From positions 5,753 through 69,752 of the forward strand of contig CALUXR010000008.1 of the NCBI GenBank assembly GCA_944324795.1: a stretch of 64,000 bases of DNA, read 5' to 3'. Source of the DNA: an uncultured Acholeplasmatales bacterium. Its GTDB lineage: Bacteria > Bacillota_I > Bacilli_A > Acholeplasmatales > Anaeroplasmataceae. How positions within the stretch are numbered: position 1 is the stretch's first letter; every line of letters begins with the position of its first letter. Shown here piece after piece: positions 1 to 9,526 of the stretch. The position numbers and the translations under genes are program-made. The notes under the pieces are model-generated. The model did not search any database. It worked only from the letters and a program-made list of their open reading frames with translations, and was not told where the DNA came from.

Positions 1-2118
1 TTAAAAAGAATTAAAGAAGCTTATTTATTTGCTGATGAAAAGCATAAAAACCAGATGCGTAAATCAGGAGATCCTTATATTACCCATCCCCTTCATGTCG
101 CTATAATTTTAGCTGAATTACATGTAGGTCCTGATACAATTATTGCCGGTTTATTACATGATGTAGTTGAAGATACTGATGTTATTTTAGCTGAGATTAA
201 AGATAAATTTGGTGAAGATGTAGCGGGTATGGTTGATGGTGTTACTAAACTTACGAAGATGAAATTTAGTTCACTTGAACAAAAACAAGCTGAAAATCAT
301 CAAAAAATGTTATTAGCAATGGGTAAAGATATTAGAGTGATCGTCGTAAAATTAGCTGATAGATTGCATAATATTCGCACCATTGATGCCCAAAGTCCAG
401 AAAAAAGAGAACGTATATGTAAAGAAACTTTAGAAATATATGCTCCACTTGCTCATAGGCTTGGTATGTTTAAAATTAAAGCTGAACTTGAAGATAGATC
501 GCTTCGATATACAGACCCATTAATGTTTAAAAAGATTGAAGAAGATATTTCATCTACTAATTCAGCTAGATTAGAAAATATTGATCATATTATAATTGAA
601 ATTAAAAAATATTTAGAAGACGAAAAAGTTGATGATTTTTATATTAAAGGTCGCGTTAAAAATATATATTCAATCTATAAAAAGATGATTAATCAACATA
701 AAGAATTTGAAGATATATATGATGTTTTAGCAATTAGAATTATCGTCGACACAATTGATAATTGTTATCGTGTATTAGGTTTAATTCATGCTAAATATAC
801 TCCTGTTCCTAAAAGATTTAAGGATTATATCGCTGTTCCTAAACCAAATATGTATCAAAGTTTACATACGACAGTTATTTCTGGTAATGGATTAACTTTT
901 GAAGTTCAAATAAGAACTAAAGAAATGGATGAAGTTGCAGAACTTGGTATCGCCGCACACTGGGCTTATAAGGAAAATGTTACATATTCAAAAGAAAAAG
1001 AACAATTTGAAATAGCACAAAAATTAAAATGGTATGCTGATTTATTACAATTTAATGAAGAAGATAAAGATGAAACTGACCCTAAAACCTTTGTTGATAG
1101 TATTAGAAAAGATATCTTAACAACTTCAGTTTATGTCTATACACCAACAGGAGATGTAATCGATTTACCTAAAGGGGCTACCCCACTTGATTTAGCTTAT
1201 AAGATCCATACAGAACTTGGTAATACGATGATTGGGGCTTTAGTTAATAAAAGAATCGTTCCAATCGACTATGAATTACAAAATGGTGATATAGTTTCGA
1301 TTAGAACTAATAAAAACTCGCAAGGTCCTACTTCTTCATGGTTAAAAATAGCTAAAACAACTCATGCTAGACATAAAATTAAAACATTCTTAAATAAGCA
1401 AAATAAAGATATTTTAATTGAATCTGGTAAAAGAGAATTAGATGAAGAATTTCAAAATCAAAAAATCTACAATTATGATATTAAAGAAGATTTTGTTATT
1501 AAGAATTTTAGTAAAAACAATATCAACACATTAGATGATCTTTATATGGACATTGGTAAAGGAATCTTAAGTGAGAAAACGGTTGTTGCTAAATATTTAG
1601 GTGAACAAAAGAAAAATAGAGAAGAAATTATTCAAGCATCAATTGCTAAATTTAATAAAAATCAAAAACAAATCTCAGATACCGGAGTTATAGTTGATGG
1701 CCTATCTAATCCCCAAATTAAACTTGGAGTTTGTTGTAATCCGATTCCTGGTGATCAAATTGTAGGTTATATAACTAAAGGTAGTGGGATAGTTGTTCAT
1801 CATAAAGATTGTAAAAATCTAACTAATTTACAAAATGAAAGATTAATCAATTTAACTTGGGCTAATAATATATCAAGAAAATATCCGGTTTTATTGAAAA
1901 TTGTCGCAACTGACCGCAACGGCTTATTAGCTGATGTAATGGATACCTTATCTTCTAATAATATTAATATTTCGAGCTTAAATGTTAAAACTAATAATAA
2001 TTTTGAGGCTATTATGAAAATAAAAATAATGGTTTTAAATACTTTAGAATTAGATAAGATAATTGCTAATTTACGTAAAGTACCGTCTATTATTGAAATA
2101 AGGAGAGAGGGATTATGA
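1..2118 (+). CDS. relA: bifunctional (p)ppGpp synthetase/hydrolase, RelA/SpoT family; 5' end outside window
   Basis: Frame 1 is open from base 1 (LKRIKEAYLFADEKHKNQ precedes the listed Met). It has the HD-hydrolase motif SGDPYITHPLHVA, a RelA/SpoT synthetase core, a TGS-like segment and a C-terminal ACT-like region. Confidence 0.95.
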   Translation, partial: LKRIKEAYLFADEKHKNQMRKSGDPYITHPLHVAIILAELHVGPDTIIAGLLHDVVEDTDVILAEIKDKFGEDVAGMVDGVTKLTKMKFSSLEQKQAENHQKMLLAMGKDIRVIVVKLADRLHNIRTIDAQSPEKRERICKETLEIYAPLAHRLGMFKIKAELEDRSLRYTDPLMFKKIEEDISSTNSARLENIDHIIIEIKKYLEDEKVDDFYIKGRVKNIYSIYKKMINQHKEFEDIYDVLAIRIIVDTIDNCYRVLGLIHAKYTPVPKRFKDYIAVPKPNMYQSLHTTVISGNGLTFEVQIRTKEMDEVAELGIAAHWAYKENVTYSKEKEQFEIAQKLKWYADLLQFNEEDKDETDPKTFVDSIRKDILTTSVYVYTPTGDVIDLPKGATPLDLAYKIHTELGNTMIGALVNKRIVPIDYELQNGDIVSIRTNKNSQGPTSSWLKIAKTTHARHKIKTFLNKQNKDILIESGKRELDEEFQNQKIYNYDIKEDFVIKNFSKNNINTLDDLYMDIGKGILSEKTVVAKYLGEQKKNREEIIQASIAKFNKNQKQISDTGVIVDGLSNPQIKLGVCCNPIPGDQIVGYITKGSGIVVHHKDCKNLTNLQNERLINLTWANNISRKYPVLLKIVATDRNGLLADVMDTLSSNNINISSLNVKTNNNFEAIMKIKIMVLNTLELDKIIANLRKVPSIIEIRREGL

Positions 2119-2579
2119 GATTAGTAATTCAAAGAGTTAAAAAGGCTAAATGTATTATTAATAATGAATTATATCAAGGAATTGATGATGGTCTTTTAAT
2201 CTTTATTGGGTTTACAGAAGGTGATTCTTGTGAACTTTTCCCTTATTTTTATAAAAAAATTACTAATATGCGCATTTTTAATGATAAATTTAACAAATTA
2301 AACTTATCAATTAAAGATATTCATGGTAAAATATTAGTAATAAGTCAATTCACTTTATATGCTTGGCCTTATAATGGAAATAGACCCTCATTCACAAAAG
2401 CTCTAGCTTATGATAAAGCTTTTGATTTATATGAAAAATTTTGTAAAGGATTAAATGAAATAGTAGAAACTAAAATGGGGATTTTTGGAGAAGATATGAA
2501 GATTGAATTATTAAATGATGGTCCTGTGACCATATTATTAGATTCTGATGACCTTAAGGAGGCAAATTATGGAAAATAA
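2115..2579 (+). CDS. dtd: D-aminoacyl-tRNA deacylase
   Basis: 154 aa with the SQFTLYA...GNRPSF motif. It overlaps the rel stop by 4 nt, the classic rel-dtd pair. Confidence 0.93.
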   Translation: MRLVIQRVKKAKCIINNELYQGIDDGLLIFIGFTEGDSCELFPYFYKKITNMRIFNDKFNKLNLSIKDIHGKILVISQFTLYAWPYNGNRPSFTKALAYDKAFDLYEKFCKGLNEIVETKMGIFGEDMKIELLNDGPVTILLDSDDLKEANYGK

Positions 2580-3687
2580 CACTAAATATCATTTTTTAGG
2601 AGAAACTTATGATAATGTTTCTGACTTTACTTTAGCATTAGCTAATAATTATGCTGATGCCTTGAACTTCATTTATCAAGATGAATTTATAGATTTATTT
2701 ACAGATTCATATTTAAAAGGTAGAATTCTTGCTGAAAGAGAACGTTCTTATTATGCAACAAGTGCCTTAGCTAGCATTATATATATTTTAAATCCTAATT
2801 TAGGATTGATCTTAAACGGAGCTAGTTTAAAAAGTTATGAAGATATTGTTGATGCTTTAGATGATGAATTCTTAAGAATCTCTGTAATACATTTATTTAA
2901 AGATCATACTATTTCTCATACATTTGGACGTATTAATAAAACAATACCTTATCTTTTCGATATTGAAAATAATATTGATGATCCAGGTGTTGTAGCTTAT
3001 CTACAATTATTATTTGATAATCGTCTAAAAGAAGAAGATATTCATGGTTATAAAGTTTTAGATTATTATTTATTTAAAACTTTAGGAGCTAAAGATCCAT
3101 TTGGTGAATATTTAAAATTATTATATAGTCCTGAATTTAAAGGTATTCTAGCTCATCGCTATGGTTTAAGTTTAATTTTAGATTTATATAAAAAACCTAG
3201 CTATGAATATGAAATATTAGAAAAAATTAGTGAAGAAATGTCTTTAAATGTTAATCCTATAATAACATCTGGTATGCATAATTATTTCTTTAATAATATT
3301 AAATATTTAAAGAATTATAAAATTAGAAAATATGCTAAAAAGATTAAAAATAAAGCTAAAAAAGCAGGTAAGAAAGCTAAAAAAGATATAACATTTACTT
3401 TAAATTGTTCACGAATTTATTTTGAATTATATCGTTTCATCTTAGCTAGTCATAAACTTGGCTTAATTTTACCAAAAGTTAACAATTATGATTTATCTAT
3501 TAAATATGATTATCAAGTAGTTAATAAAGATTATTTAATTTCTTTATCTTATAAAAATGAATGTGAAGAAATTGAAAATGTTATTTTACCAAAAGATTCA
3601 TTTAAGGTACAATATAAAGAATTTAAAAAACAATTAAAAGATTATTTAAAACATACATATAAAGATTATTTTAAAAAGATGGAATAG
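2569..3687 (+). CDS. hypothetical protein (about 372 aa) with a Lys-rich internal patch
   Basis: Long ORF. I prefer the ATG at 2569 (MENNTKY) because AGGAGG lies at 2556-2561, over the listed 2548 start. I recognise no family. Confidence 0.6.
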   Translation: MENNTKYHFLGETYDNVSDFTLALANNYADALNFIYQDEFIDLFTDSYLKGRILAERERSYYATSALASIIYILNPNLGLILNGASLKSYEDIVDALDDEFLRISVIHLFKDHTISHTFGRINKTIPYLFDIENNIDDPGVVAYLQLLFDNRLKEEDIHGYKVLDYYLFKTLGAKDPFGEYLKLLYSPEFKGILAHRYGLSLILDLYKKPSYEYEILEKISEEMSLNVNPIITSGMHNYFFNNIKYLKNYKIRKYAKKIKNKAKKAGKKAKKDITFTLNCSRIYFELYRFILASHKLGLILPKVNNYDLSIKYDYQVVNKDYLISLSYKNECEEIENVILPKDSFKVQYKEFKKQLKDYLKHTYKDYFKKME

Positions 3688-3718
3688 CAATATTCCATTT
3701 TTAAATGAAAGGACAACA

Positions 3719-5014
3719 ATGAAAATATATTTAATAAGTTTAGGTTGTGCTAAAAATATGGTCGATAGCGAATTAATCGTGGGTTTATTAGAAAAAAATG
3801 GAGCGATTTTAGTAGATGATCCAAATGATTGTGATTTATTGATGGTTAATACATGTGCTTTTATAGAAAGTGCAAGAAAAGAAGCTATTGATACTATATT
3901 AAATTTAGCAGATTATAAAATAAATAATAGAAAATTAATTGTATGTGGATGTTTACCTCAACGATATGATAATTTAACAAAATTATTACCAGAAGTTGAT
4001 GCTTTTATTAGCATTAGAGATTATAAAAATATTTGTAATATTATTAATAATTTATTTAAAGCTAATTATAATGGCGAATTATCTTATTTAAATAAACATT
4101 TATCTACTCAAAATTATATGCGATATATTAAAATATCTGAAGGTTGTTTAAATCGTTGTGCATTTTGTGCTATACCTTTAATTAGAGGTAAATTAGTATC
4201 AAGAGAAATAGCTGATATTGTAAATGAAGTAAAAGAAAGTGTCAATAAAGGAGCTTATGAAATTAATTTAATTAGTCAAGATACAACTCGTTATGGTTAT
4301 GATTTATATAAAGAAAATAAAATTGTTGATTTATTAAAAGAATTAGTTAAAATCGAAGGTAATTTTAAAATAAGACTATTATATTTATATCCTGATATTG
4401 TAACTGATGAATTAATTGATTTTATTAAAAATAATCCTAAAGTTATGCCTTATTTTGATATACCTATTCAACATAGTGAAGACCATCTTTTAAAACTTAT
4501 GAATAGAAGAGGTAATAAAGAATATTTATTAAAATTATTTAAACATATTAAAAAAGAGATACCACAAGCTATTATAAGAACTACTTTAATTGTTGGTTTT
4601 CCTAGTGAAACTGATACTGATATAAAAAATTTAATCAACTTTATGAAAGATGTTAAATTTGATCATTTAGGTGCTTTTACCTATTCACCTGAAGAAGGAA
4701 CAGTTGGTGAAACTTTAGATATGCAAATACCTGAAAGCATAAAAAATAAAAGATATGAAAAAGTCATGGAAGCACAAAATAAAATAAGTTTAAATTTACA
4801 ACAAAATTATTTAAATAAAGTTTTAGAAGATTGCTTTATTTGTGGTTATGATGAAGAAAATATGATGTATCTAGCTAGAAATTATATGTATGCTCCTGAT
4901 GATATTGATGGTATAATTTATGTTGCTTGTAAAGATGGTCATAATCTTGGTGATTTAATTAAAGTTAAAATTTTAGATTGTGATAGTTATACATTAACTG
5001 GTGAAGAATTATGA
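3719..5014 (+). CDS. rimO: ribosomal protein S12 methylthiotransferase RimO (radical SAM MTTase)
   Basis: N-terminus SLGCAKNMVDSE, radical-SAM CxxxCxxC (CLNRCAFCAIP), C-terminal TRAM-like end, 431 aa. Confidence 0.85.
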   Translation: MKIYLISLGCAKNMVDSELIVGLLEKNGAILVDDPNDCDLLMVNTCAFIESARKEAIDTILNLADYKINNRKLIVCGCLPQRYDNLTKLLPEVDAFISIRDYKNICNIINNLFKANYNGELSYLNKHLSTQNYMRYIKISEGCLNRCAFCAIPLIRGKLVSREIADIVNEVKESVNKGAYEINLISQDTTRYGYDLYKENKIVDLLKELVKIEGNFKIRLLYLYPDIVTDELIDFIKNNPKVMPYFDIPIQHSEDHLLKLMNRRGNKEYLLKLFKHIKKEIPQAIIRTTLIVGFPSETDTDIKNLINFMKDVKFDHLGAFTYSPEEGTVGETLDMQIPESIKNKRYEKVMEAQNKISLNLQQNYLNKVLEDCFICGYDEENMMYLARNYMYAPDDIDGIIYVACKDGHNLGDLIKVKILDCDSYTLTGEEL

Positions 5015-5538
5015 AATTAAATGTTGTATTATTTGAACCTGAAATTCCGCAAAATACGGGTAACATAATGCGTAGTTGTGTAGGTTTTGATGCTAAATTA
5101 CATTTGATTAAGCCATATGGTTTTTCTCTTGATGAAAAGCATTTAAAACGAGCTAGATTAGATTATTTTAAATATTTAAATTATGAAGAATATGATAGTT
5201 TAACAGATTTTTTAAATAAAAATAAAGGTGATTTTTTCATATTATCACGCTATGGTCATAAAAGTCCGAAAGAAATAAAATTTAATCAATATAAAAATGA
5301 TATATATTTAATATTTGGTAAAGAATCTACCGGACTGCCTTATGATTTTATAGCTAATAATTTAGATAAAACTTTTAGAATACCAACCACTGATAAAGTA
5401 AGAAGTTTAAATTTAAGTAATTGTGTAGCCATTATGCTTTATTTAGCAAGTAGTGAAATTGATGATCCAAATTTAATTTTTCACGAACCAGACACTTTAA
5501 AAGGTGAAAACTTTATTGATAAATTTAAAGGAGAATAA
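5011..5538 (+). CDS. trmL: tRNA (cytidine/uridine-2'-O)-methyltransferase TrmL (SpoU/TrmH family)
   Basis: 175 aa with LFEPEIPQNTGNIMRSC and a C-terminal SLNLSN knot motif. Overlaps the rimO stop. Confidence 0.85.
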   Translation: MKLNVVLFEPEIPQNTGNIMRSCVGFDAKLHLIKPYGFSLDEKHLKRARLDYFKYLNYEEYDSLTDFLNKNKGDFFILSRYGHKSPKEIKFNQYKNDIYLIFGKESTGLPYDFIANNLDKTFRIPTTDKVRSLNLSNCVAIMLYLASSEIDDPNLIFHEPDTLKGENFIDKFKGE

Positions 5539-5540
5539 GG

Positions 5541-6395
5541 ATGTTAGATTGTATTATAATTGGTATGGGGCCTTGTGGAATTAGTTGTGCAACATATTTA
5601 AAAAGAGCGAATAAAGATGTTTTAGTAATTGGTAAAGATTTAGGAGCTTTAAGTAAAGCTAGTGAAATAGAAAATTATTACGCTGTTGGTAAAATAAGTG
5701 GTGAAAAACTTGCTACTAAAGGATTAAAAGAAGCGATAAGTCTTGGTATCAATTGTCTTCATGATGAAGTTTTAGCTATTGAATATTTAGATAATGGTTA
5801 TAAGGTTATTACTAAAAAAAATAGTTATGAATCAAAAACTATAATGTTAGCTTTAGGTAAAGTTAGAAACAGTTTTAATGAAGCTAAGAAATTTGAAGGT
5901 AAAGGGGTATCATATTGTGCTACTTGTGATGGTTTCTTTTATAGAAATAAGAAAATAGCTATTGTTGGTTATAATAATTATATGGCTATAGAATTAGATT
6001 ATTTATTAAATTTAACTAAAGATATTATTATATTTACTAATGGTAATAAGATGGAAGTTGATAATAAAGGTTTATTAGTTGTAGAAGATAAAATAAGTTC
6101 ATTTAATGGTGAAAATAAATTAGAATCTATTACAGCCGCTTCAACTACATATGATGTTGATGGCTGTTTTATCGCTTTAGGAAGCCAAAATGCATTTACA
6201 TTAGCTAAACAACTTGGCCTTGAAATTAAAGATAATAATTTAATTGTAGATAATAATTATATGACTAATGTTCCTGGTATATTTGCTGGTGGTGATGTAA
6301 TTGGTGGTCTATTACAAGTTGCTAAAGCTGTAAGTGATGGTGCGATTGCCTCTATAAATATTATAAATTTTTTAAAAGGAGTAAATAATGTTTAA
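5541..6395 (+). CDS. thioredoxin-reductase-like flavoprotein lacking NADPH-binding motifs
   Basis: It has FAD GxGxxG (IIIGMGPCG), the redox CATC at nt 5916-5927, and a GGDV FAD tail. The GGGxxA and HRRxxxR NADPH motifs are replaced by GYNNYMA and FTNGNKME. Confidence 0.8.
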   Translation: MLDCIIIGMGPCGISCATYLKRANKDVLVIGKDLGALSKASEIENYYAVGKISGEKLATKGLKEAISLGINCLHDEVLAIEYLDNGYKVITKKNSYESKTIMLALGKVRNSFNEAKKFEGKGVSYCATCDGFFYRNKKIAIVGYNNYMAIELDYLLNLTKDIIIFTNGNKMEVDNKGLLVVEDKISSFNGENKLESITAASTTYDVDGCFIALGSQNAFTLAKQLGLEIKDNNLIVDNNYMTNVPGIFAGGDVIGGLLQVAKAVSDGAIASINIINFLKGVNNV

Positions 6396-7293
6396 GGTTG
6401 GTATAATTGGTCTAGGTCATGTAGGTAGAGCGATTGCATTTAATTTGATTAATAAAGAATTAGTTGATGAATTAGCAATCTATGATATAAATAAAGAAAT
6501 TTTAATTGCTAATAAATTAGATTTAGAACAAGGTGGGGCATTAAATAATAATATAACTAAAATTAATATTGCCGATTTTGCTATTTTAAATGAATGTGAT
6601 ATTTTAATTAATACAGCTTCAAGTAAAATCTTAAGTCCTGATCGTTTAACAGAACTTAAAGAAAATAAAAAAATAGTTAAAGAAATATTTAAAAATTTTA
6701 AAAATTATAAAGGAATTATTATTAATGTTTCTAATCCATGTGATATTATTTCTAAATTAATATTAGATGAAACTAATATAGATAAAAAAAGAATATTTAG
6801 TAGTGGAACTTTACTAGATACTATTCGTTTTAAAATGACTTTAGCTAATCATTATAATATTTCTCCTAAATATGTTTTTGCCTTAGTAGTCGGTGAACAT
6901 GGTGAAAGTCAAGTATTATGTTATGATGAAGTTAAGATTAAAAATGATACTTTAATTACTTATTTAAAAAAGAATAACTTAAATTTTGATAAAAAGATAA
7001 TTGATCAAGAAGTAATTAAATCAGGTGCTAATATATTTTATGCTAAAGGTACGACTGAATATGGTATTGCTGGAGTTGTAAGTTTTATAATTAAACAAAT
7101 TAAAGAAGATACTAATGCTATTTTACCTCTTAGTGCCCCTTATATAATTGATGGTAAATTGATCTATATTTCTCATTTAGTTAAAATAAATAAATTAGGA
7201 ATTGAAGATGTCCTTATGAATCTAAGTTTAGATGAAGAAGAATCATTTAAATCATCAGCCTTAAAACTTAGTAAATTATTATATTTAAATTAA
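6388..7293 (+). CDS. L-lactate/malate dehydrogenase family (L-2-hydroxyacid dehydrogenase)
   Basis: Rossmann start VGIIGLGHVGRA and catalytic region VVGEHGESQV; 301 aa. The substrate-specificity loop is atypical. Overlaps the upstream gene by 8 nt. Confidence 0.7.
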   Translation: MFKVGIIGLGHVGRAIAFNLINKELVDELAIYDINKEILIANKLDLEQGGALNNNITKINIADFAILNECDILINTASSKILSPDRLTELKENKKIVKEIFKNFKNYKGIIINVSNPCDIISKLILDETNIDKKRIFSSGTLLDTIRFKMTLANHYNISPKYVFALVVGEHGESQVLCYDEVKIKNDTLITYLKKNNLNFDKKIIDQEVIKSGANIFYAKGTTEYGIAGVVSFIIKQIKEDTNAILPLSAPYIIDGKLIYISHLVKINKLGIEDVLMNLSLDEEESFKSSALKLSKLLYLN

Positions 7294-7334
7294 TATTTAT
7301 TTATGTTAAAATTAACAAAAGGAGACGAATAAAT

Positions 7335-7871
7335 ATGAATATATGGCACGATATCGATGATGATAGAATTAATAAGGAAGATTTTATAGTATGTGTTGAA
7401 ATACCAAAGGGAAGTAAAAAGAAATATGAATTAGATAAAGAAACAGGTCTAATTCTTTTAGATAGAGTTTTATATACATCAACTCATTATCCTGCTAATT
7501 ATGGTTTTATACCAAGAACTTATTCGCAAGACCATGACCCACTTGATGTTTTAGTTTTATGTAGCGAAATATTAGATCCTCTTGTACTTGTTAGATGTTA
7601 TCCGATTGGTGTAGTTAAAATGATTGATAATGATGAAGTTGATGAAAAAATAATCGCTATTCCTTTTGGAGATCCATCATATAATTCATATACTGATATA
7701 ACTGAATTACCTAATCATCAATTTGAAGAAATAAGACACTTTTTTACAGTATATAAACAATTAGAAGATAAAGAAACATCAGTATTAGAAGTACTTGGCC
7801 GTAAAGATGCAATAAAAGTTATTGATGATGCGATTGCGGCTTATAATGATTTATATATAAATAGAAATTAA
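7335..7871 (+). CDS. ppa: inorganic pyrophosphatase, family I
   Basis: 178 aa with the KYELDKETG...YPANYGFIPRT...DPLDVLV signature. Confidence 0.93.
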   Translation: MNIWHDIDDDRINKEDFIVCVEIPKGSKKKYELDKETGLILLDRVLYTSTHYPANYGFIPRTYSQDHDPLDVLVLCSEILDPLVLVRCYPIGVVKMIDNDEVDEKIIAIPFGDPSYNSYTDITELPNHQFEEIRHFFTVYKQLEDKETSVLEVLGRKDAIKVIDDAIAAYNDLYINRN

Positions 7872-7885
7872 AAGGAGATTTTATT

Positions 7886-8992
7886 ATGCCACTTACTGCT
7901 GGTATAGTTGGTTTACCTAATGTTGGTAAATCTACTTTATTTAATGCTATTACAAAAGCTCAAGTTCTAGCAGCCAATTATCCATTTGCGACTATTGAAC
8001 CTAATGTAGGAATTGTAGCTGTCCCTGATGAAAGATTAAATGTTTTATCTAAAATGTATAATCCTAAAAAAACTACACCTGCGACTTGTGAATTTACTGA
8101 TATTGCGGGACTTGTTAAAGGAGCTTCTAAAGGCGAAGGTTTAGGAAATCAGTTTTTAGCAAACATTCGTAATTGTGATGCTATATTACAAGTTGTTAGA
8201 TGTTTTAAAGATAGTAATGTTATCCATGTTGAAGGTTCAATCGATCCAATAAGAGATGCAAAAATTATTAATTTAGAACTTATTTTAGCTGATTTAGATG
8301 TTGTATCTAAAAGATTACCAAAGCTTGAAAAGAAAGCTCAAGCTAAAGTTGAAGATGCCCCTTTTGAATATGAATTATTAAAGAAAATTGAAGCATGTTT
8401 AATTGATGAAAAACCAGTTAGAAGTTTAAAATTTAACGAACAAGAAGAAAAATATGTTAAAAATTATAGTTTATTAACATATAAACCATTTATGTATATT
8501 GCTAATATTAAAGATGATTATTTAACTGACCCAGAAAGTGATGAAGTATATAAAAATTTTAAACAATATGCACTAGAAGAAGGTTCAATGATTTGCCCAA
8601 TTAGTGCTCAAATTGAAAGTGAACTAGCTGGCTTATCAGATGAAGAAGAAAAAGAATTCTTAGAAGATTTAGGCTTAAATGAACCAGGATTAAACCGTTT
8701 AATTAAAGAAACTTATAAACTTCTAGGATATCAAACATTCTTTACAACAGGTCCTGATGAATGTAAGGCTTGGACATTTAAAAGAGGAATGAAAGCCCCG
8801 GAATGTGCAGGTATCATCCACACTGATTTTGAAAAAGGTTTTATTAAAGCTGAAACAATTTCATACAATGATTTAATTAAAGAAGGTACTTATTTAAAAG
8901 CACGTGAAGCAGGTTTAGTAAGACAAGAAGGTAAAGATTATATCGTTCAAGATGGCGATATAATGTTATTTAAATTTAATGTTACAAAATAA
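7886..8992 (+). CDS. ychF: redox-regulated ribosome-binding ATPase YchF
   Basis: GIVGLPNVGKSTLFNA P-loop and a C-terminal TGS-like YchF domain (IHTDFEKGFIKAE); 368 aa. Confidence 0.95.
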   Translation: MPLTAGIVGLPNVGKSTLFNAITKAQVLAANYPFATIEPNVGIVAVPDERLNVLSKMYNPKKTTPATCEFTDIAGLVKGASKGEGLGNQFLANIRNCDAILQVVRCFKDSNVIHVEGSIDPIRDAKIINLELILADLDVVSKRLPKLEKKAQAKVEDAPFEYELLKKIEACLIDEKPVRSLKFNEQEEKYVKNYSLLTYKPFMYIANIKDDYLTDPESDEVYKNFKQYALEEGSMICPISAQIESELAGLSDEEEKEFLEDLGLNEPGLNRLIKETYKLLGYQTFFTTGPDECKAWTFKRGMKAPECAGIIHTDFEKGFIKAETISYNDLIKEGTYLKAREAGLVRQEGKDYIVQDGDIMLFKFNVTK

Positions 8993-9017
8993 ATGATTAA
9001 ATTCATTTATTTTTTTG
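8987..9017 (+). terminator. rho-independent terminator of ychF
   Basis: 10-bp stem AAATAAATGA/TCATTTATTT with a 6-nt loop and a T-run. Overlaps the stop codon. Confidence 0.7.
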
Positions 9018-9058
9018 GAATACACGTTAACCTTATATGTTAAAAATGGAGATAGATT

Positions 9059-9220
9059 ATGACAAAACAAGAATTAGCAACTAAAATATGGCAAGTTGCA
9101 AACGATTTAAGAGGTAGTATTGCTGCATCTAAATATAAAGATTATATATTAGCTATAATGTTTTACAAATATTTAAGTGAAGCAGATATAAAAATATCAA
9201 CAGTGTTGCTAAAAGATTAG
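9059..9220 (+). pseudogene. hsdM: type I restriction-modification methylase HsdM, N-terminal ~41 codons only
   Basis: MTKQELATKIWQVANDLRGSIAASKYKDYILAIMFYKYLSE matches the HsdM N-terminal domain pattern (LW..A..LRG....YK.yiL...F.KylS). The ORF then runs into integrase-like codons and stops at 9218-9220. Confidence 0.7.
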
Positions 9221-9324
9221 GTCATTCTAGTATGACAACTACTCAAAAAACATATTTACATATTATAAATGAGTTAGAAAATAAAGATATTGATCTTATA
9301 ATGAGAGCTATATCTAACTTATAA
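9194..9324 (+). pseudogene. tyrosine recombinase/integrase, C-terminal stub
   Basis: It reads INSVAKRLGHSSMTTTQKTYLHIINELENKDIDLIMRAISNL*. This carries the LGH...T..Y.H box II motif with the catalytic Tyr. It is frameshifted relative to the hsdM stub, and no upstream integrase body is present. Confidence 0.7.
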
Positions 9325-9402
9325 TGTTATATGGGATAGAGGATATTATTGATTGTTTTGTCAAATTTAAATAAAACTTAATATGGTTTAAATAATATCT
9401 AG

Positions 9403-9468
9403 TCATAAACACTTCATAATCGTTTCATAATTATGTCATAATCGAGTCATAATCGCGTCAAAAAATTG
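9403..9468 (+). repeat. five exact TCATAA cores at an 11-bp period, plus a sixth degenerate unit
   Basis: TCATAA starts at 9403, 9414, 9425, 9436 and 9447; TCAAAA starts at 9458. The unit consensus is TCATAATCGnn. The array ends at the -35 box. Confidence 0.85.
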
Positions 9469-9494
9469 ACACGATTGAATTGATTTGATATAAT
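9466..9494 (+). promoter_or_regulatory. sigma-A type promoter of the AlbA_2 gene
   Basis: TTGACA (9466-9471), 17-bp spacer, TATAAT (9489-9494). GAAGGTGATGA RBS region before the ATG at 9527. Confidence 0.7.
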
Positions 9495-9526
9495 ACAGGT
9501 AATAATATATATGAAGGTGATGAAAT

